A DNA stretch of 64,000 bases from Azolla caroliniana (GCA_043228905.1 JBHGNT010000004.1:10416001-10480000), one strand, 5' to 3'. Shown: positions 34,003 through 48,260, counted from the stretch's first letter. The notes: generated by a model not told the origin, from the sequence alone. Numbers and translations are program-made.

Positions 34003-37000
34003 ATGGGTCTTCAGATCTTCCTCACAGAAGAATCAGAATCAGAATCAGAAGAAAGAAAAGAGCTTAGAAGTGGAGAACTGAACCCTAGCTCCATGAAACC
34101 TGAACTTTCATGGTATAACCCAAATGGGCTATCTCTACCTGATCTAGTCATGGCTTCCTTCACATCAACATATAAGTCTTCTCTGAGAGATTCGCTTCAG
34201 AAGCTATACTCAAGTTTCATCTTTATCATCACAGATCCAAGGATCCAAGATAACCCAATCATATATGCAAGTGAAGGGTTCTTGGAAATGACCAAATATT
34301 CATTGGAAGAGGTTCTGGGGCGAAACTGTCGGTTTCTGCAGGGTCCACTTACGGGTCGAAGAGAAGTGTTGGAGATCTCTGATGGTATCAGAGAAGAGAG
34401 GAGTTTTCAGGTCTCTTGTGTGAACTATAATAAGGAAGGTAAAGTTTTCTGGAGCTTGATGGATATGGCTCCTCTGTTTTCAAAAGAAGATGGAAGAGTT
34501 GTTCACTTTGTTGGTATTTTTATACCTTTTCTTGTCAATACAAGAAGGACATGTGGACATGGGGATTCAAGAGGTTTCCAGTGCTTTTGGTCTACGGATG
34601 CTGATGTTAAATTGACTGTGGGAAATGAAGTGAAGAAAAGATCATCATGTCCCTCACTAGGTCACCCTCTAAACCCCTAGAATTCAATCTTTTTTGTGTT
34701 TTATATCTATATATATGTATATTAATATACACATTTATTGGTATGATGTGGATCATTTGCATCTTTTGGTTTAATGAAGAATTTGGTATGAAAAGAAGAC
34801 AATTTTTTGGTGATGATTTTGCATCGTTTGGTTTCAATAAAGACTTTGATCCATGATGATGATGCTCTCTTGAGGAATCTTAAATCTAGATATTTCCATG
34901 AAATCTTTATTCAGAAATGATCCCTTGACAGTGATGGTGATGGTGTTCTCAGATGTGCCTCTATAGCTAGATTATCGTTGACTCTCGCATCTTGAGATCA
35001 TACGCCGTTATGTGCTCTATTGGAATCAAATCCTTAATGAGCGTCTTGAATGCCATTTGCAGATGAAAATGAATGTGAAGAAGCCCAACAAGCTGACAAA
35101 GATAAGGCAAGATTGCTAATGAAATCATTGCTGAAGGAGATTGCAAGTAAATGCAAAGGTGAGGGTGTTGCAGAGACAAGATGTAATGCGGTTCCTGCTG
35201 TGATTGAGAGGGTTATCTGTTCATCATTGATGCTCTCGCTAACCAAAATTCAACAAAGCTTTGTCCTGTATGGCATCTGTACTATTTACTTCTAAGTTGT
35301 TGGATCTCAATATGTATGTGTTTTTCTATGGTGGAGGGTTGGGGACTTGTTACAGTCTTTGCCTTTCTATTTATATTTTTTCGGTATGGTATTTTGGCAG
35401 GGTTAATCCTCACCTTCCAAACTTACCCATCGTCCATGCAAGCAACAATTTCCTACAACTCTCTGGTATGTTGTTGTTCACAACCATTTTAATATTGTCC
35501 ATAGTTTTGGGGAGGGGTTTTACCATCTGTCTTCTATTTCTATGAAAACATAGAAATTCTTTCTTTTCTGAAGTAAGAAAGATTATTGATCAATTATCAA
35601 ATCAAAATTTAAAATTTGAGTGAAGCAAGCAATGGGGGAGGAGGAAGGAAAGAAGAAGCTTCTTTATTTAGTGTTAACTATTGATAGACAAGATGTGTTT
35701 GTTCTACTATATTGGTAGACGCAGTAATTTACATGAACCCTTATAGGCTGGTTGGTTGTTATGTAATCTATTAATGCTGTTAATATAGGTGTACCAACTG
35801 AAAAATCTTATGGTGTCGTTAACATCCAATGTATTTGATAGGAAAAATCCATTTTTGATCTTGGAGTCCAGTATCTATGTCTGTTTTAATGTGGATTAAT
35901 AGATACAGCTTTGTATGTATAATAATACCCCACATATTGTGCTGGAAAAATGTTTTTTGGCCTTATCATGATGTATTCTGTTTATTCTTTGTCTATATAT
36001 ATCCTGTTATCCAGGCTACACTCTGGAAGAAGTGATTGGTTGCAATTGTAGGTTCATGCAAGGACCGGATACTGATCCGAGAGCTGTCCAAATGGTAATT
36101 TTCTTTAGTTTTTCTATAACCAGCATGGTTTATTTCTCATCGATACATTCATTGTCCATTTTTTAAAACTGATTGTTTTGTGTATGCCATATCCTAGATA
36201 AGAGACTCTTTAAAAGCCGAGAAGTCATGCACTGTCAAACTACTTAACTACAGGTATTAAAGACAAACACATGTATCCTTGGTGCAAATATAAGTTCGAG
36301 TGATGTAATAAATTGTTTTATTTGAAACTCAGAAGTGAATTGTGAATGTCTTCTCTTGCAGAAAAGACAAAAGTTCATTTTGGAATCTCTTACACATTTC
36401 ACCTATCCGGAGTAATGCTGGCAAGGTAATTAATTCTCTTCTTGTAGTGCATTAACTTAGTTAATGATAGATTTAAACCAGTGTATGAAAACCATTAGCG
36501 AGGCATGGAATGATTGATTGCAATGACTATGTTTAGCCAATTATGGTGGATTTAGGAAAATATATGATGTGTTAGCAAGGAGTGACTAATCATAGTCACA
36601 ATAGGTTTAGCTAATTATGGTGCTAGCAAGGAGTGACTAATCATAGTCACAATAGGTTTAGCTAATTTTGGTGCTAGCAAGGAGTGACCGTCATGGTCAC
36701 TATGGTTAACTAATTGTACTAGATATTTGACACTTTATGCTAGCATGGAGTGATGACTCATAGTCACTATTCTTAACAAATTCTGATGGGTACATGAAAA
36801 TTTATGATTAATCTGGAGTCATCAATCATAATGACCATGACTATGATGAATTAATGACAATTTATAGTAGCATGGAGTCACGGATCATGGATTTATGACT
36901 GTTTGTGACAGGGTAGGTGACCTAATCATAGTTAACATGGATAGCTAATTATGATTGATTTATGTTTTTTTTGATGCTATAACATTGATTAATAATTCTG

Positions 37001-37209
37001 ATGGAGAAATTCATAGCTGTGATGTTGTCTTATAGATTGTGTTTTTCGTTGGTGTGCAATTGGATGTGACATATCTGGGCGACCGACAATTATTTGAAGC
37101 GTGTTTAGCGCCAGATATCCGACAGCTGGGAGTTGTCGGGGCTGTGAAGGTCGCGGTTAGGGGTCTTCAAGGAGAGGGTCTACGGCGACGAATGCATAAG
37201 AGTGAATAG
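34003..37209 (+). CDS. PLP: LOV/LOV protein (PAS/LOV protein, TWIN LOV-like) blue-light photoreceptor, 7 exons, ~433 aa
   Basis: Exons 34003-34660, 35063-35267, 35401-35465, 36015-36094, 36198-36253, 36362-36425, 37036-37209, all with GT..AG introns and in phase (1302 nt). LOV1 [12 protein letters not shown]2 [31 protein letters not shown]. Family hallmarks [16 protein letters not shown] and [14 protein letters not shown]. No kinase or F-box. The start codon and the exon-1 donor are the least certain parts. Confidence 0.9.
36573..36720. repeat. 51-bp tandem repeat with an internal palindrome (GTGACT..AGTCAC) in intron 6 of PLP
   Basis: Units start at 36573, 36624 and 36675, with degenerate copies on either side up to ~36960. 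Confidence 0.8.
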
Positions 37210-40200
37210 TTGTGTAATAAGATTGGACGTCATGTGTGTGTACATGGAGTACATGGAAGGGAACAAAAGTTCCTATGCTCTCCTTGCATCGATTGCTCTC
37301 AGATGGAGGTCCAAAGTTTTATTTTCTTTGTTCATCCTATCAACTGTAGAAGACAAAGGGGGGCTTCACCGTGAAAGATTTGTGTATTTATCTAGATAGA
37401 TAGATAGGTAAAAAATCATATTGAGTAGCCCCACACTTTGAATTTCTAAGCAGTGGGCATATATGTATATCAGTTAGCTATTTTGATTTCATTTGATTAT
37501 ATATGTTTTGTAGCAAGTGCATATATATAGATTACCACTCAAATTTTGAGTGGGCTTCCTATTAGTGTTATAATGCCCTTTATTATGTACATGTGTGCCA
37601 TGTCCTGAAACTAATTCATCAAAATTTCCATTATATGATGCATTGAAATGTGTTGGAATAATTGTCCTTCATGTTGCCAATATCTGGCAATGTATGATAT
37701 TATCTGAAATGAGATTGCATGTGCTAGCCCTTTGAGAATATACAGAGTGCCGCCACTCTACTAAGATTTCATTGATATATTGCTCACCCGAACAACCAAG
37801 CTTATAATGTAAGCATATGTGCGAGTGTGTTCATACAAGATAATCTTAAGCGAGGAAGAGACTAACCTGGTAGGACGATGTGCACATTGGAGAAGAACTT
37901 CCAAAGAAAGTAAAATAGAGGACAGTAGACAAGATTGTAGCCCTTATATATTTTAAATTGAAGTTTAAGTATGGTGTTAGGTTATGCAAAAACCTTTCAT
38001 CTGTTTCAGGCATAAAGGATTAGTGCGATTTGTCAAAATTTCGTGGAAGTTATTTATTGTGTTCAATCTTGCCAAGGAATGTGTTCTCTTATGGATTTCT
38101 CTGCTTTCTCCTAACAGGAATTATCTTCGTTCTCTTATGTGCTCTTTGCTTTCCCATAGGAATCAGCTTTATCATACAAGCATATTAATCACACTCATTA
38201 TGACAAGGAAAGACTGAATCAGATATTGATTGGAGACATTGTGGATGCCAATAAGTAATAACGAACAACACATGACCATGGCCTTAACCTCTCCTCCCAA
38301 CCTTTCAATATGTACACTTACCTTATGCCCTTGGTTTCAAACTTTCACACATGGCAGTTTCATATTGAACCCTTTTGCCGTTGTACATTGTATGATTGTT
38401 ATTTAAACCTAGTTGAAATGTTTCTCATAAAAAACTATGCAAAGTAATCTTTTATTGATTGTGGTTTCAACTTCAGCTAGTAGCCGCATATGATCTCTTC
38501 TCAAAGATTTGATGTGCTCATTAAATCTTTATGTGGTAGATGGTATTATCCTTTTTTTATGTTGGGATATAGCACATTGAAGGATTATGATAATTGATGG
38601 TGAATACGAGGCTCTAAATTAGAAAACATGTATTTTACATAGTCAACAAATAAAGTGTAAAAAATAATTTAATGTTCAAGTTTTTGATATCATAAATTGA
38701 CAAAATACTACCAACATTTGATTAAGCATAAATGGCCGGATTGCTAAAGGCTATGAACTTCCAAGGAAATTTCAAGCTATACCTAACTAAGATTTTAGTC
38801 ATGTTAGGAAGCTAATATTAATACATTTTGCTCCTTATGTGACAGATTCATCCCAACTCTAAAGGTGTGCTGATGATTTTAATACTACAACTATTAGTGT
38901 TTAGTTGCTGAATTTGGTTTTGAATAAGTTTGCATTGATAACTACACTTAGAAAACATGATGTAAGGGTGAAGGAAAGATGAACTGGGCAAAGGTAAATA
39001 AAAAATAACTTTCAATTTAGAAGGCAAATATGGAATAGTGAAAATGTGAAGATCTATATTCGTGGAAAATATTTAGGAGAAAAACACTTCTCAAACTGTA
39101 GGAAGACTAAATGTGAGTAGTCCAAACATTTGATGGCACTACATCTTCAAGGATGGAAAAATGAAGAAGAAGTAGAAGAAGACATAGAACTTTGAGGATT
39201 GTTTCTATGGAGGATAAATAGGAATTGTATTTGGACATACTATGCAATTACAAGAAATAACAAATAGAACCAAACATGAAAAATTTGGATAAAACTTATT
39301 TAAAATACTTTTAATATTATAATTTCTTGAGATTTAAATTTATTTAAGAAGGCACAAAGAACAAAAGCAATACTTTTTGAGTTTTCATTAGATTGATCAC
39401 GTGAGTATAATGTAGGCAACTTGTTTTCTTTGGCATATTCCTAGGACCACAACCTACAAATGGCAACATATTGTGGTGGAACACATTGAAGAGGAGAAGA
39501 TATTATATGTGAGTGTACAACCACTTAACACTATTGATACTATAATGCAATTATATCATTGATAAACAAAACCTTGTCGCACATTCCTATTTGTCTAGGT
39601 ACCGAGACATAATAATTCATGCACCTTTTTAAACAAAAGATCTCATACATCCATTTGCATTGGTGAGGACTCATGAGTAGGTTGCACACACATCCATGGA
39701 CCACGCAAGGACGCAAAAAGTCATTACAGACAACCTACACTGCCATTCCCCTTTGCAAGTAGTTGCTTTTTAGTTATATGCTCCTACTGTCAACATAAAT
39801 TGATATAGACTTGGGTGAAAATGTTCTTTCATCTTATAATATTTCAAGGTGCGGTACATGCTAAATCGATTTATGTGACGTGCAATTTTTGTCACTAAGT
39901 TGGCCCACCCCACATGCTGCTACACATAACAAGTTTGTATATGTTGGCGAGAAAAGTTTGCCATCATAGGGATGGGATGAGAAAAGTCATTGTATTTGAT
40001 TGACATGAATGGTGTGTGCAAGTGGTAAGGCTGAGATTCCAAGAACTTAGTTGAAAGTAAATAACATAGCCCTAACAATGGATGAAGCAACTTCTAAAAA
40101 ACAAGAGATTCAATCTTTATGCTTGTGGTTTCACTCAAGATCATTTGATAAGAATTTGAAAATGGAGAGGAAAACGAAAAGGATAATTAAGATATAGACA

Positions 40201-40946
40201 AATAACTTTAGTGAGCCTGACCTAGTCTCCATAATTACATTTAAGGATAAGATAAAACAAATATTTTGTTTCAATTGTGTATCTGTGTTTGTTTATGTGT
40301 GTATACACACATAAATATATAATTCTTAAGTACAACAAGCTTAAGAATAATGTCCAATTACCTGATTATTGCCCATCGATAAGTGTATACTAAATATTTT
40401 GATCCAACTAGGATGATGTAGGTCAGAAACCTATAGTTTGGTAATATAGGATCTTGAAAATGTAAGTCGAGTAGACACATTGATTTGCATATCATGAATA
40501 TAATTAAAAGTGAAGCATATGTACTCATTGATGTAGGAATTATAAGTAGAATGGCATTCAATGCACTGCCTCATATTGTACTTTACCATTTTGTATTAAA
40601 TCAAGAATAAAACATTGTTGACATAGATAGATATAGAGAGATAGAGATAGAGTGTTAGGTTGAGACACACAAATTTAAGTAGATAAGCTAGATCAACTGA
40701 GGAAATGAAAAGCAGGTAATTATTGAATGATCGCTAATAGTTATTGAACGCTAGTATGATGCAATGCTTTATGTTTTTTCAAGTGCAACCCATTCATTGC
40801 ATTTGAGTTCATCTTGGTTGTTTCATCGAACGACATGGCTAGCATACATCTTGGTTGGGTCTCATGGGGCTCGCTTGGCATTATGTTGGTCACATTGCTT
40901 AGTAGATGATATGTTTGGGTGGTAAACTAAACTGCTACTTTGTTGG

Positions 40947-41557
40947 TGTTGAGATACAAGCTCAACATTGGGTGCGTAAACCGGTGCAAACCAGTGCATA
41001 GATTGGGTTCGTAAACCGGGTGTGCAACGAGAGGCCGTAGCGGTGCGTAAACAAGGGGGCCGTTGGATAATTTATTTGATGATCACTCGGCCGGATCTCA
41101 GTTACCCGGTCGGCCTGGTCAGTCAATTTATGTTGCAGCCCACGACCAAACACCTTCAATGTGTGCAACGGATATTGCGCTATGTCTGTGGCAATAAGGA
41201 TAGGGTGCTGCTATATCAGACCGGTATTGCCAAATTGCTCGTCGGCTACTTGGAGTCCGATTGGGCCGAAAACGCTGGTGATCATAGATCCACGCGATCT
41301 TAGATCCACATCTGGGTTCGCTTTCTTGCTTGGGAGCGCCGCGATCGCTTGGAGCAGCAAGAAGCAGCCGACAATTGCACTGTTGAGCACGGAGCCTGAT
41401 TATCGAGGTGCAGCTTTGCCATTTGGCTCAAGAGGCTACTCAAGGATCTGCAAGTGGAGGTGTCCGCTCAGACGACGATCTACTGCGACAACCTCAACAA
41501 CATCCAACTTGCGAAGAACCCTGTCTTCCACGCTCGGACCAAGCACATTGAGGTGCA
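40947..41557 (+). mobile_element. Heavily deleted copia remnant (LTR start fused to RT end/RNase H), related to the 19100-29892 family
   Basis: TGTTGAGATACAAGCTCAACAT matches that family's LTR start. Followed by ITRPDLSYPVG, RSTSGF..WSSKKQ, NPVFHARTKHIEVH. Confidence 0.8.
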
Positions 41558-42543
41558 CTGCATATGGGCTTTAAGACGTCCCATGTACATATGGACATAG
41601 AGAGTCTAATCATTATGGTGTCCTAGATAATATATAACAAAGTATCCAACCCACATGAGATCATTTGAGTTCAATTGACAAAACCCTCCCCCCTTGATGA
41701 TAGAAGCATTGTTCCATCAATCCAAAACAATCACTAATATCACTAAACCCATACATACTAGTTATGATTTAGTGACAATTCAGCTTTACCTGAAAATACT
41801 TCTCTTTGGCAAAAAGATCATACTTTACCGATTATACTTTTAAGCAAAGGATTATCTCTAAGATATGACATATAGCTCCAAGCATCCAAAACTTAGCCGT
41901 ATGTCCACATTAGTATGTTACTATCATAACTCCACTAACGAAGGCCATGTAGAATTTTCATGAAATAGAGATTAGGTAAGGATAAGAGATTGACACCATT
42001 GAACCTTTCGAATTGCAGCACACTTTGAGTGTGTGCTATCTACTGCATAGCAACCAAGAAGAAATTCCCAGTCTTATGCCCTTATTGATGAATCCACACC
42101 ATGAGTAATAAGATTTGAATTTCATATAGAATAATGTGGGTTAATCCTCTATTAGAGGTTTTATACTTTAACAACTTTTTGATTCTTTCACAAGTTGCCA
42201 TAAAAAATACACCCCAAATGATCATTGCATCATGAAGACAATAGTGAGATAAATGAAAGGCTTACACTATGCTACATTGTGTAATTATTGTGGCTTAATG
42301 CATTCCTCCAGTCCTAAACTGAATCTTTCATGGGTAGCATCATCACCAAAACATGGTTTTTAAAGAATAGTCTTCCCAAATAAACCATGTCAAAAGAGCA
42401 TAAATATGACAAAACATTCATGGATTTCCATTGGCACCAAGAAAATATTGTTGTTGGGAACAAGATCATCAACTCATTTTAGCTAAAATTCTTTGGATGC
42501 CAAAATTTGGATCCGAATGAATTTACTACATCCCAAACCCAAT

Positions 42544-42890
42544 AAACCCTAAATCCCCCATCTCCCGTGGACGATCAAGAATCTAGATTCTTTTCTATTC
42601 TATCTAGTTCCAAAATTCATGTTATTGGCCACTCGAGAAAGATACAAGATCATCATCATCGTTGTGATCATCATTCTCTTCATGATCGTGATCATGATCA
42701 TCTCTTTCTCTCTAAGAAGCCCAAGAAACCCTAAATCCCCCATATCTCGTGGATGATAAAGAATCTATTCTGTCTAATTTTAGAATTAATGTTATTGGCC
42801 ACTCAAGAAAGATAGAAGACCATCATCATCATCATCATTGTGATCATCATCTTCTTCATGATCATGATTGTGATCATCTCTCTTTTTCAT
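42544..42890. repeat. Diverged tandem duplication (~183-bp period) with AAACCCTAAA and (CAT/GAT)n tracts
   Basis: AAACCCTAAATCCCCCAT at ~42544 and ~42727, each followed by TTATTGGCCACTC and CAT-rich runs. Confidence 0.7.
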
Positions 42891-43456
42891 TCCGTAAAAA
42901 ATGGCTTTCATTACGAAAGAAAAAACACCACCATGACTCTAAAGTATAGAACCCTTCTATCTAGGAATCTAAATACTACTCTACTATGACTTCAAACTCA
43001 ATGCCACCCTATACACCAATTCAAATGATGAATATGATGATATGTGGCCCTACAAAGTTCTCTCTCTTCATGGTTGAGATTTCGTGACTTCTCTAGCACT
43101 ATCAATTGCAACAAAAGAAGTCCTTTTAACTTTACAACATATTTTCTCACTCCAACTTGTGAATCAAAAGTGAAGGCGTTCCAGATATTCCAATTGAACC
43201 ATAGCCCCCAATACCCGAAGAACTCAAAAATAATTTGGAAACAAGGCATCAGTTCATTGTTCTCCATATGTGCAAAAACCTAACTAAAGGAAGATAGACT
43301 TACTCCAGTTAGAGATATCCACACTAAATTGACATCCCTTTCAGAATTAATGATGTTCCACCTCTTAGCTTCAATTGTCATGTTTCCAAGCTTAATTATT
43401 GTATTCTCTATAAAGTATGCCACCATTTCTGTCCAAGGTTATACACCCTCAAACAT

Positions 43457-44482
43457 TGTTGGGAGACAGGTCCCTCCGGATGGGAAGGGAGAAGAACAGT
43501 GCTGATGAACAAACCCGGCCGAGGCCAAAACCATATGACGAGTACCCGGCTACGGAGAGCCGGATGGTGCAGACCCGGTGAGAACCGGATGAAGAGTACC
43601 CGGCTACGGAGAGCCGGATGGTGCAGACCCGGTGAGAACCGGATGAGGAGTACCCGGTTACGGAGAGCTGGATGGTGCAAACCCAGTGAGAACCGGATGA
43701 AGAGTACCCGGCTACGAAGAGCCGGATGGTGCAGACCCGGTGAGAACCGGATGAGGAGTACCCGGTTACGGAGAGCCGGATGGTGCAGACCCAGTGAGAA
43801 CCGGATGAAGAGTACCCGGCTACGAAGAGCCGGATGGTGCAGACCCGGTGAGAACCGGATGAGGAGTACCCGGTTACGGAGAGCCGGATGGTGCAGACCC
43901 GGTGAGAACCGGATGAGGAGTACCCGGTTACGGAGAGCCGGATGGTGCAGACCCGATGAGAACCGGATGAGGAGTACCCGGCTACGGAGAGCCGGATGGT
44001 GCAGACCCGGTGAGGAATGCTCACCGGATGAAGAGACATATTCGTAAATATGTTTCTGAGAGTCCATCGAGGCTATATTTGTAAATAGCCGAAAAGTCAT
44101 ATTAGTATAAATATGACTTAGGTCAAACTTTTAGACTACTGTTGTTGTCATTCTTGTTGGTGCAAGAAAAGAGAGAGCGCGTAACTGTGTACAGAGAGAG
44201 AGAGAGAGAAAGAGGTCGTTGCCTCTGTTGTAACCGCCGCCTGTGGTGAGGATCGTGAGCACGAGGTCGTTGCCTCCGTGAACTCACTATTGTACATTCT
44301 AACATAGTGATAGTTTGCAGCCTGTGGGCTGCCGTGGTTTTTCCCTTAGTTTGGGTTTTACATGTAAACATCATGCGTACTCCTCTCTTCTTCGTGTCAT
44401 GCTTTATTTCCCGTTTTCTGTGTATGATTCTAAGCTCGGTTGTGGCCGAGCGTTGCGTATAGGGAGCGTTTAGTTCCTGTCA
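43457..44482 (+). mobile_element. Solo LTR of a Tork/Tnt1-like copia related to element D
   Basis: TG..CA ends and TSD AACAT (43452-43456 and 44483-44487). Shares termini and the TATA region with the 48261-49059 and D LTRs. Confidence 0.92.
43540..44013. repeat. 54-bp tandem array (~9 copies) in the U3 of the solo LTR
   Basis: Unit CCGGATGGTGCAGACCCGGTGAGAACCGGATGAGGAGTACCCGGTTACGGAGAG; 18-aa periodicity in the shadow ORFs. Confidence 0.95.
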
Positions 44483-44884
44483 AACATAAACCTAATGAAA
44501 GTAAATCGACGAGCCACCATATGCTCATATAAATTCAATATTGATGCTCCGCCAAGATGCTTCAGCGTACAAACATGATCCCATTCCAACCATGACAAGA
44601 CACTTTTCCCTTTTCTTTTCCATAACAACAAATTTCGCATTGAGTGTGACACCATTTCAAGAGCTTTCTTCGACCATGGTAGCAGAGGAAGATAATAAGA
44701 AACCATAGAGACCATAATCGATTGGACCACCTTAAGTCGTAGATGAAAAGGCCAGAATTGAGACCTCTAATACATAAATTTATCCGCCAACCTTTTGGAT
44801 ACCCACTCAATAAGTTTCACATGAGAAACTTCCACCCTAATTGGATATCCAAGGTGACGTCAAATGATACCATGATGTACTATT

Positions 44885-47800
44885 TGTTAGCCGGTCGGCT
44901 ACCCGAGGTATAAAAGTCGACAAGGGAGTCAGAGTCGGGGTTGGAGTCGGAAGAGTATGAAAGGACATAATTCAAAATGTAATTTTTCCAAGTATAAAAA
45001 AATATAGTAATTTAGGAAATAAGACAATTTTGTATAATTGTAGGTTCTTGCCGAACATGAAAGTGTATCATCTTGGAAAAAACTCTCAGGTCACCTATAA
45101 AAAGGGACCGAGAGCATTGTACTATCATCGTTCTGTTTTGGTTTTAATATAGTTTTTGTAGTTAGAGTATTTCTGCGTCGACTATTCTGTCATTCTTTAT
45201 CTAGCTATTTACTATATTGAATATTTGAATTATTCTATGCTACACTGATTATGTTATACTAACAGTCGATCAGGATTGTATGTTCTAGTTCTAAGTAATT
45301 AGGCTCTAAGTGACCATTGTTTTACATAAAGTTCTGAGTAGTGTCGACACATGCCATCTCTCCAACCACAATCGTCTTGATAGAATGTTCTCAGTAGTAA
45401 GACGTTCGACCTATTGTGTCTGTCGACTGTCGGTAGAGCAACACAATATTTTGGCACGCTTGGTTACATTTGCTACGAGTAGAGAACAAGGAGAATGGAT
45501 GTTGGCTAGTCGATTCAATATAGACCAACCTGTTGAAAGAAGAAGACCACACACTAGATCAGACAATTGTTGTGTAGAAAGGGGTAGTTCTGATAGTTCG
45601 GAGTTTGCTGAACAAACCCAACAAGAAGTTGAAGGGGAATTGAGGGTACTTCTCGATTTAACTACAGATAGTAGTTCGGATGAGGAGCAGTTTGACCAGA
45701 GTTACTTAGTCAAACATTGTGAGGAGGATACAATGCTGTATCCCTATCCTAAATACAATCATGAAGCAGACGTGGAGGCTCATGTGCGTGCTTTTCTTAC
45801 AACATGGCAGGCTAACCATGTGTCGCAGAGATTGTCGGAAGCGAATGCTAACAAATAAAAATTTGCCGAATTTGGATTGTCATTGGAAGGGCAATTAGCA
45901 AATTGGTACTCACAACATGAGGTGGGTGAGTTCGAATCCTTTAAACAATTTACTGCCAAGTTTATCAAGTTATTCCACCGACATGTTCCAAAAAGGGAAC
46001 TTATGAGCCAATTCTATGCGGCTTATCAAGAAGCGCATGAAACTGTTCCACAATTCATCATTTGGTTTCAAAACCTTCGGAGATAGTTAGCAAGAACTCT
46101 TCCGGAAGAGGATGTGAAGGAAAGTTTCTTGTCGGCACTACGAGAGCCGCTTCGAACGACACTAGCCGTGTTCGACTTTAAGGATCAAACACTGGAGCAA
46201 ATAATCGATAAAGCACTGATCATGGACAAGACCTAGACCAGTAATAGTATGTCAATGGCATCGTTACAAAGGTCTCTACCAACATTGGAAGAAGTATAGT
46301 TTTGGAAAGCAATTCAATACATACGACATGCCTCAATCCAGGGCATTCTACAATTAATTGCACCTTATGCACACATTGTGTGATCTGTCATTCCAAGGCA
46401 CATACGATTGACCAGTGTGAGTATAATCTGCTAAATAAGGTCGCCGCTCTAGTGAGGCAGATACAACCTCATGGCACCGCCAAGATGATAGGAATCCGTT
46501 GATGCACTGGTTTCACGATGATGATAGGCCAAGATATGATGATCACTACCAGTCGGATCGAAATCGACAAGGCAATTATCTACGAGATGAGCGATACAAT
46601 GATTATTGGCGAGAAGATGACCAACAAGATGAGTATAGGAGGGATAGTCGTAACAGTTACGACCGTGACTATTCACCCCGTCAAGATAGAAATGATCGTC
46701 GCCCTTATAGAGGTAATCAATATCATGATGATAGAAGGTCCTACGTTCAAAGGAGAAATGAAGACAATCGACCCCATAATCATCGATTTCAGAATGATAG
46801 ACGGAATGATAACAGAAGACCCAAGGTATCCCGACAATTTCAGTATAATTCCAAAGGTTGAGATGAGCCGAAACTATAGGATGTTCGGCAATCGCATAAT
46901 GAGAACAACGAATCCAGTGAGCTGTCAATGTTGAATTGCTATATTTGTAGGAAAGATGGGCATTATGCAAATCAATGTCCAACGAAAGACAAAGGTAAGG
47001 CTCCAATAGTCAATATGGTAATTGCAGAGGTTCAACAAGTCACCACCTGGAGCAAAGCCAAACAATCTAAGTGGCATATACAGGAAGCAGTTCGGAAAGT
47101 AGGGAAGGAATGGGTCGAGGAAGCTAACAACAACAATGTCACTAGGATGCTGCAGGAGAGTAATGCCTCGAATGTCACATCTGACAAGTAAGGAAGTCGA
47201 CAAGAGGAGCTACTGACTGAAACACCTGACGAGGATGAAGAATGGAAAGTCTTGACGGACAACCATGTATCATTACGACTAATAGGGTTATTAAAATTAG
47301 TTCCTCAATTCACATAAAAGGTCACCCACATCATTGCGAGAAATGAGTCAGAACAGGTGTCGGTAAATTTTACGAACCTAGTGAAGGGACCGACAATTAT
47401 GGACGAGCAAAACCCAAAAATCAAGGTAATTATTCAAGGTCAAGAAGTTTCGGGTAGTATCTTAGATGGAGGATTTGAGGTAAATGTGATTAATAAGGTC
47501 ACTTGGGATCGTCTCGATATCACAAAATGGGAGCCATGTCCATTTTGGTTATGAATGGCAGATACCGGTACTGTTTGACCAATAGGGCTCATTCGACAAC
47601 TTTATATCATCATTGGTGGCCATAGTTTCCAAATATCGGTGGTCATTCTACATTTGGTGGCACCGGGAGCTTACCCTTTGCTATTGGGCGGACCATGGCT
47701 TAGAACTGCGAGCATCAAACAGAATTAGCAGAAGAATCTTCTAACATTTCGGAAGGGCAAAATAAAGATCAAAGTTTTGACTCAGGAGAAGGTAGCAACA

Positions 47801-48260
47801 ACACGAGAATTATATGCTGAATTTGTCAATATGATGGGGAAGAGAATCAATATTTTGATGAAAATCCGAAGATAATTCCCTTATTTGAAATTGACGTAGT
47901 CGAAATCATCAAGCCATATCTCGGAAATGAAGACAAGGAGGTTGATGTTCCGGTTGATGATAAAACTCTAATGGAGTTATGTCATCAATAGGAAGCCATG
48001 GAAAAAGAAATGCAGGTATCACGACAAGTGCAAGCTTCTTCACTCGAGGAATTAAATCTAGCGGACGATGATGGAGAACCCAAAACAATGCTAATTGCAA
48101 AGGAAATGCAGTCGGCTGACAAGACCAGGCTCACAAAGATACTACGCCAGTATAGAGATGTGTTTGCATGGTCATTTGAGAATATGAAAGGACTAGATCC
48201 GACGTTCTGTCAGCATAAGATCAACCTCCATAAAGATGTGAAGCCAGTGCAACAACGACG
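44885..48260 (+). mobile_element. Element F: 5' part of a decayed Athila-like Ty3/gypsy (5' LTR, PBS, gag, PR, start of RT), interrupted by a copia
   Basis: LTR 44885-45443 (TGTTAGCCGG..GCAACA) and PBS-like TGGCACGCTTGGT (45452-45464). gag with several CCHC knuckles, protease ILDGGFEVN, ENPKIIPLFEIDV and YRDVFAWS..KPVQQRR homologous to the pol of element E. Confidence 0.85.

Larger units (their letters stand above)
42990..44884 (-). pseudogene. L1-type LINE ORF2 C-terminal fragment, interrupted by a copia solo LTR and cut by element F
   Basis: HLGYPI-like motif, LSWLEWDHVCTLKHLGGASILNL and GLWFNWNIWNAFTF resemble plant L1 post-RT motifs. Confidence 0.65.

Noticed and set aside
34003-37209. 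Phototropin, neochrome or ZTL/FKF1
   Set aside because: The stop follows LOV2 and the PLP-type C-terminal helix. No kinase, phytochrome, F-box or Kelch exons are seen.
37210-40946. Possible further exons or a transposase remnant downstream of PLP
   Set aside because: No consistent reading frame or motif could be supported.
42749-42949. His-rich peptide ORF
   Set aside because: Translation of a (CAT)n tract in a duplicated non-coding unit, with a non-ATG start.
43540-44013. Regular array resembling CRISPR, and 180-230-aa repeat ORFs
   Set aside because: Head-to-tail 54-bp units with no unique spacers, inside a TSD-flanked solo LTR. The ORFs are by-products of a unit length divisible by 3.
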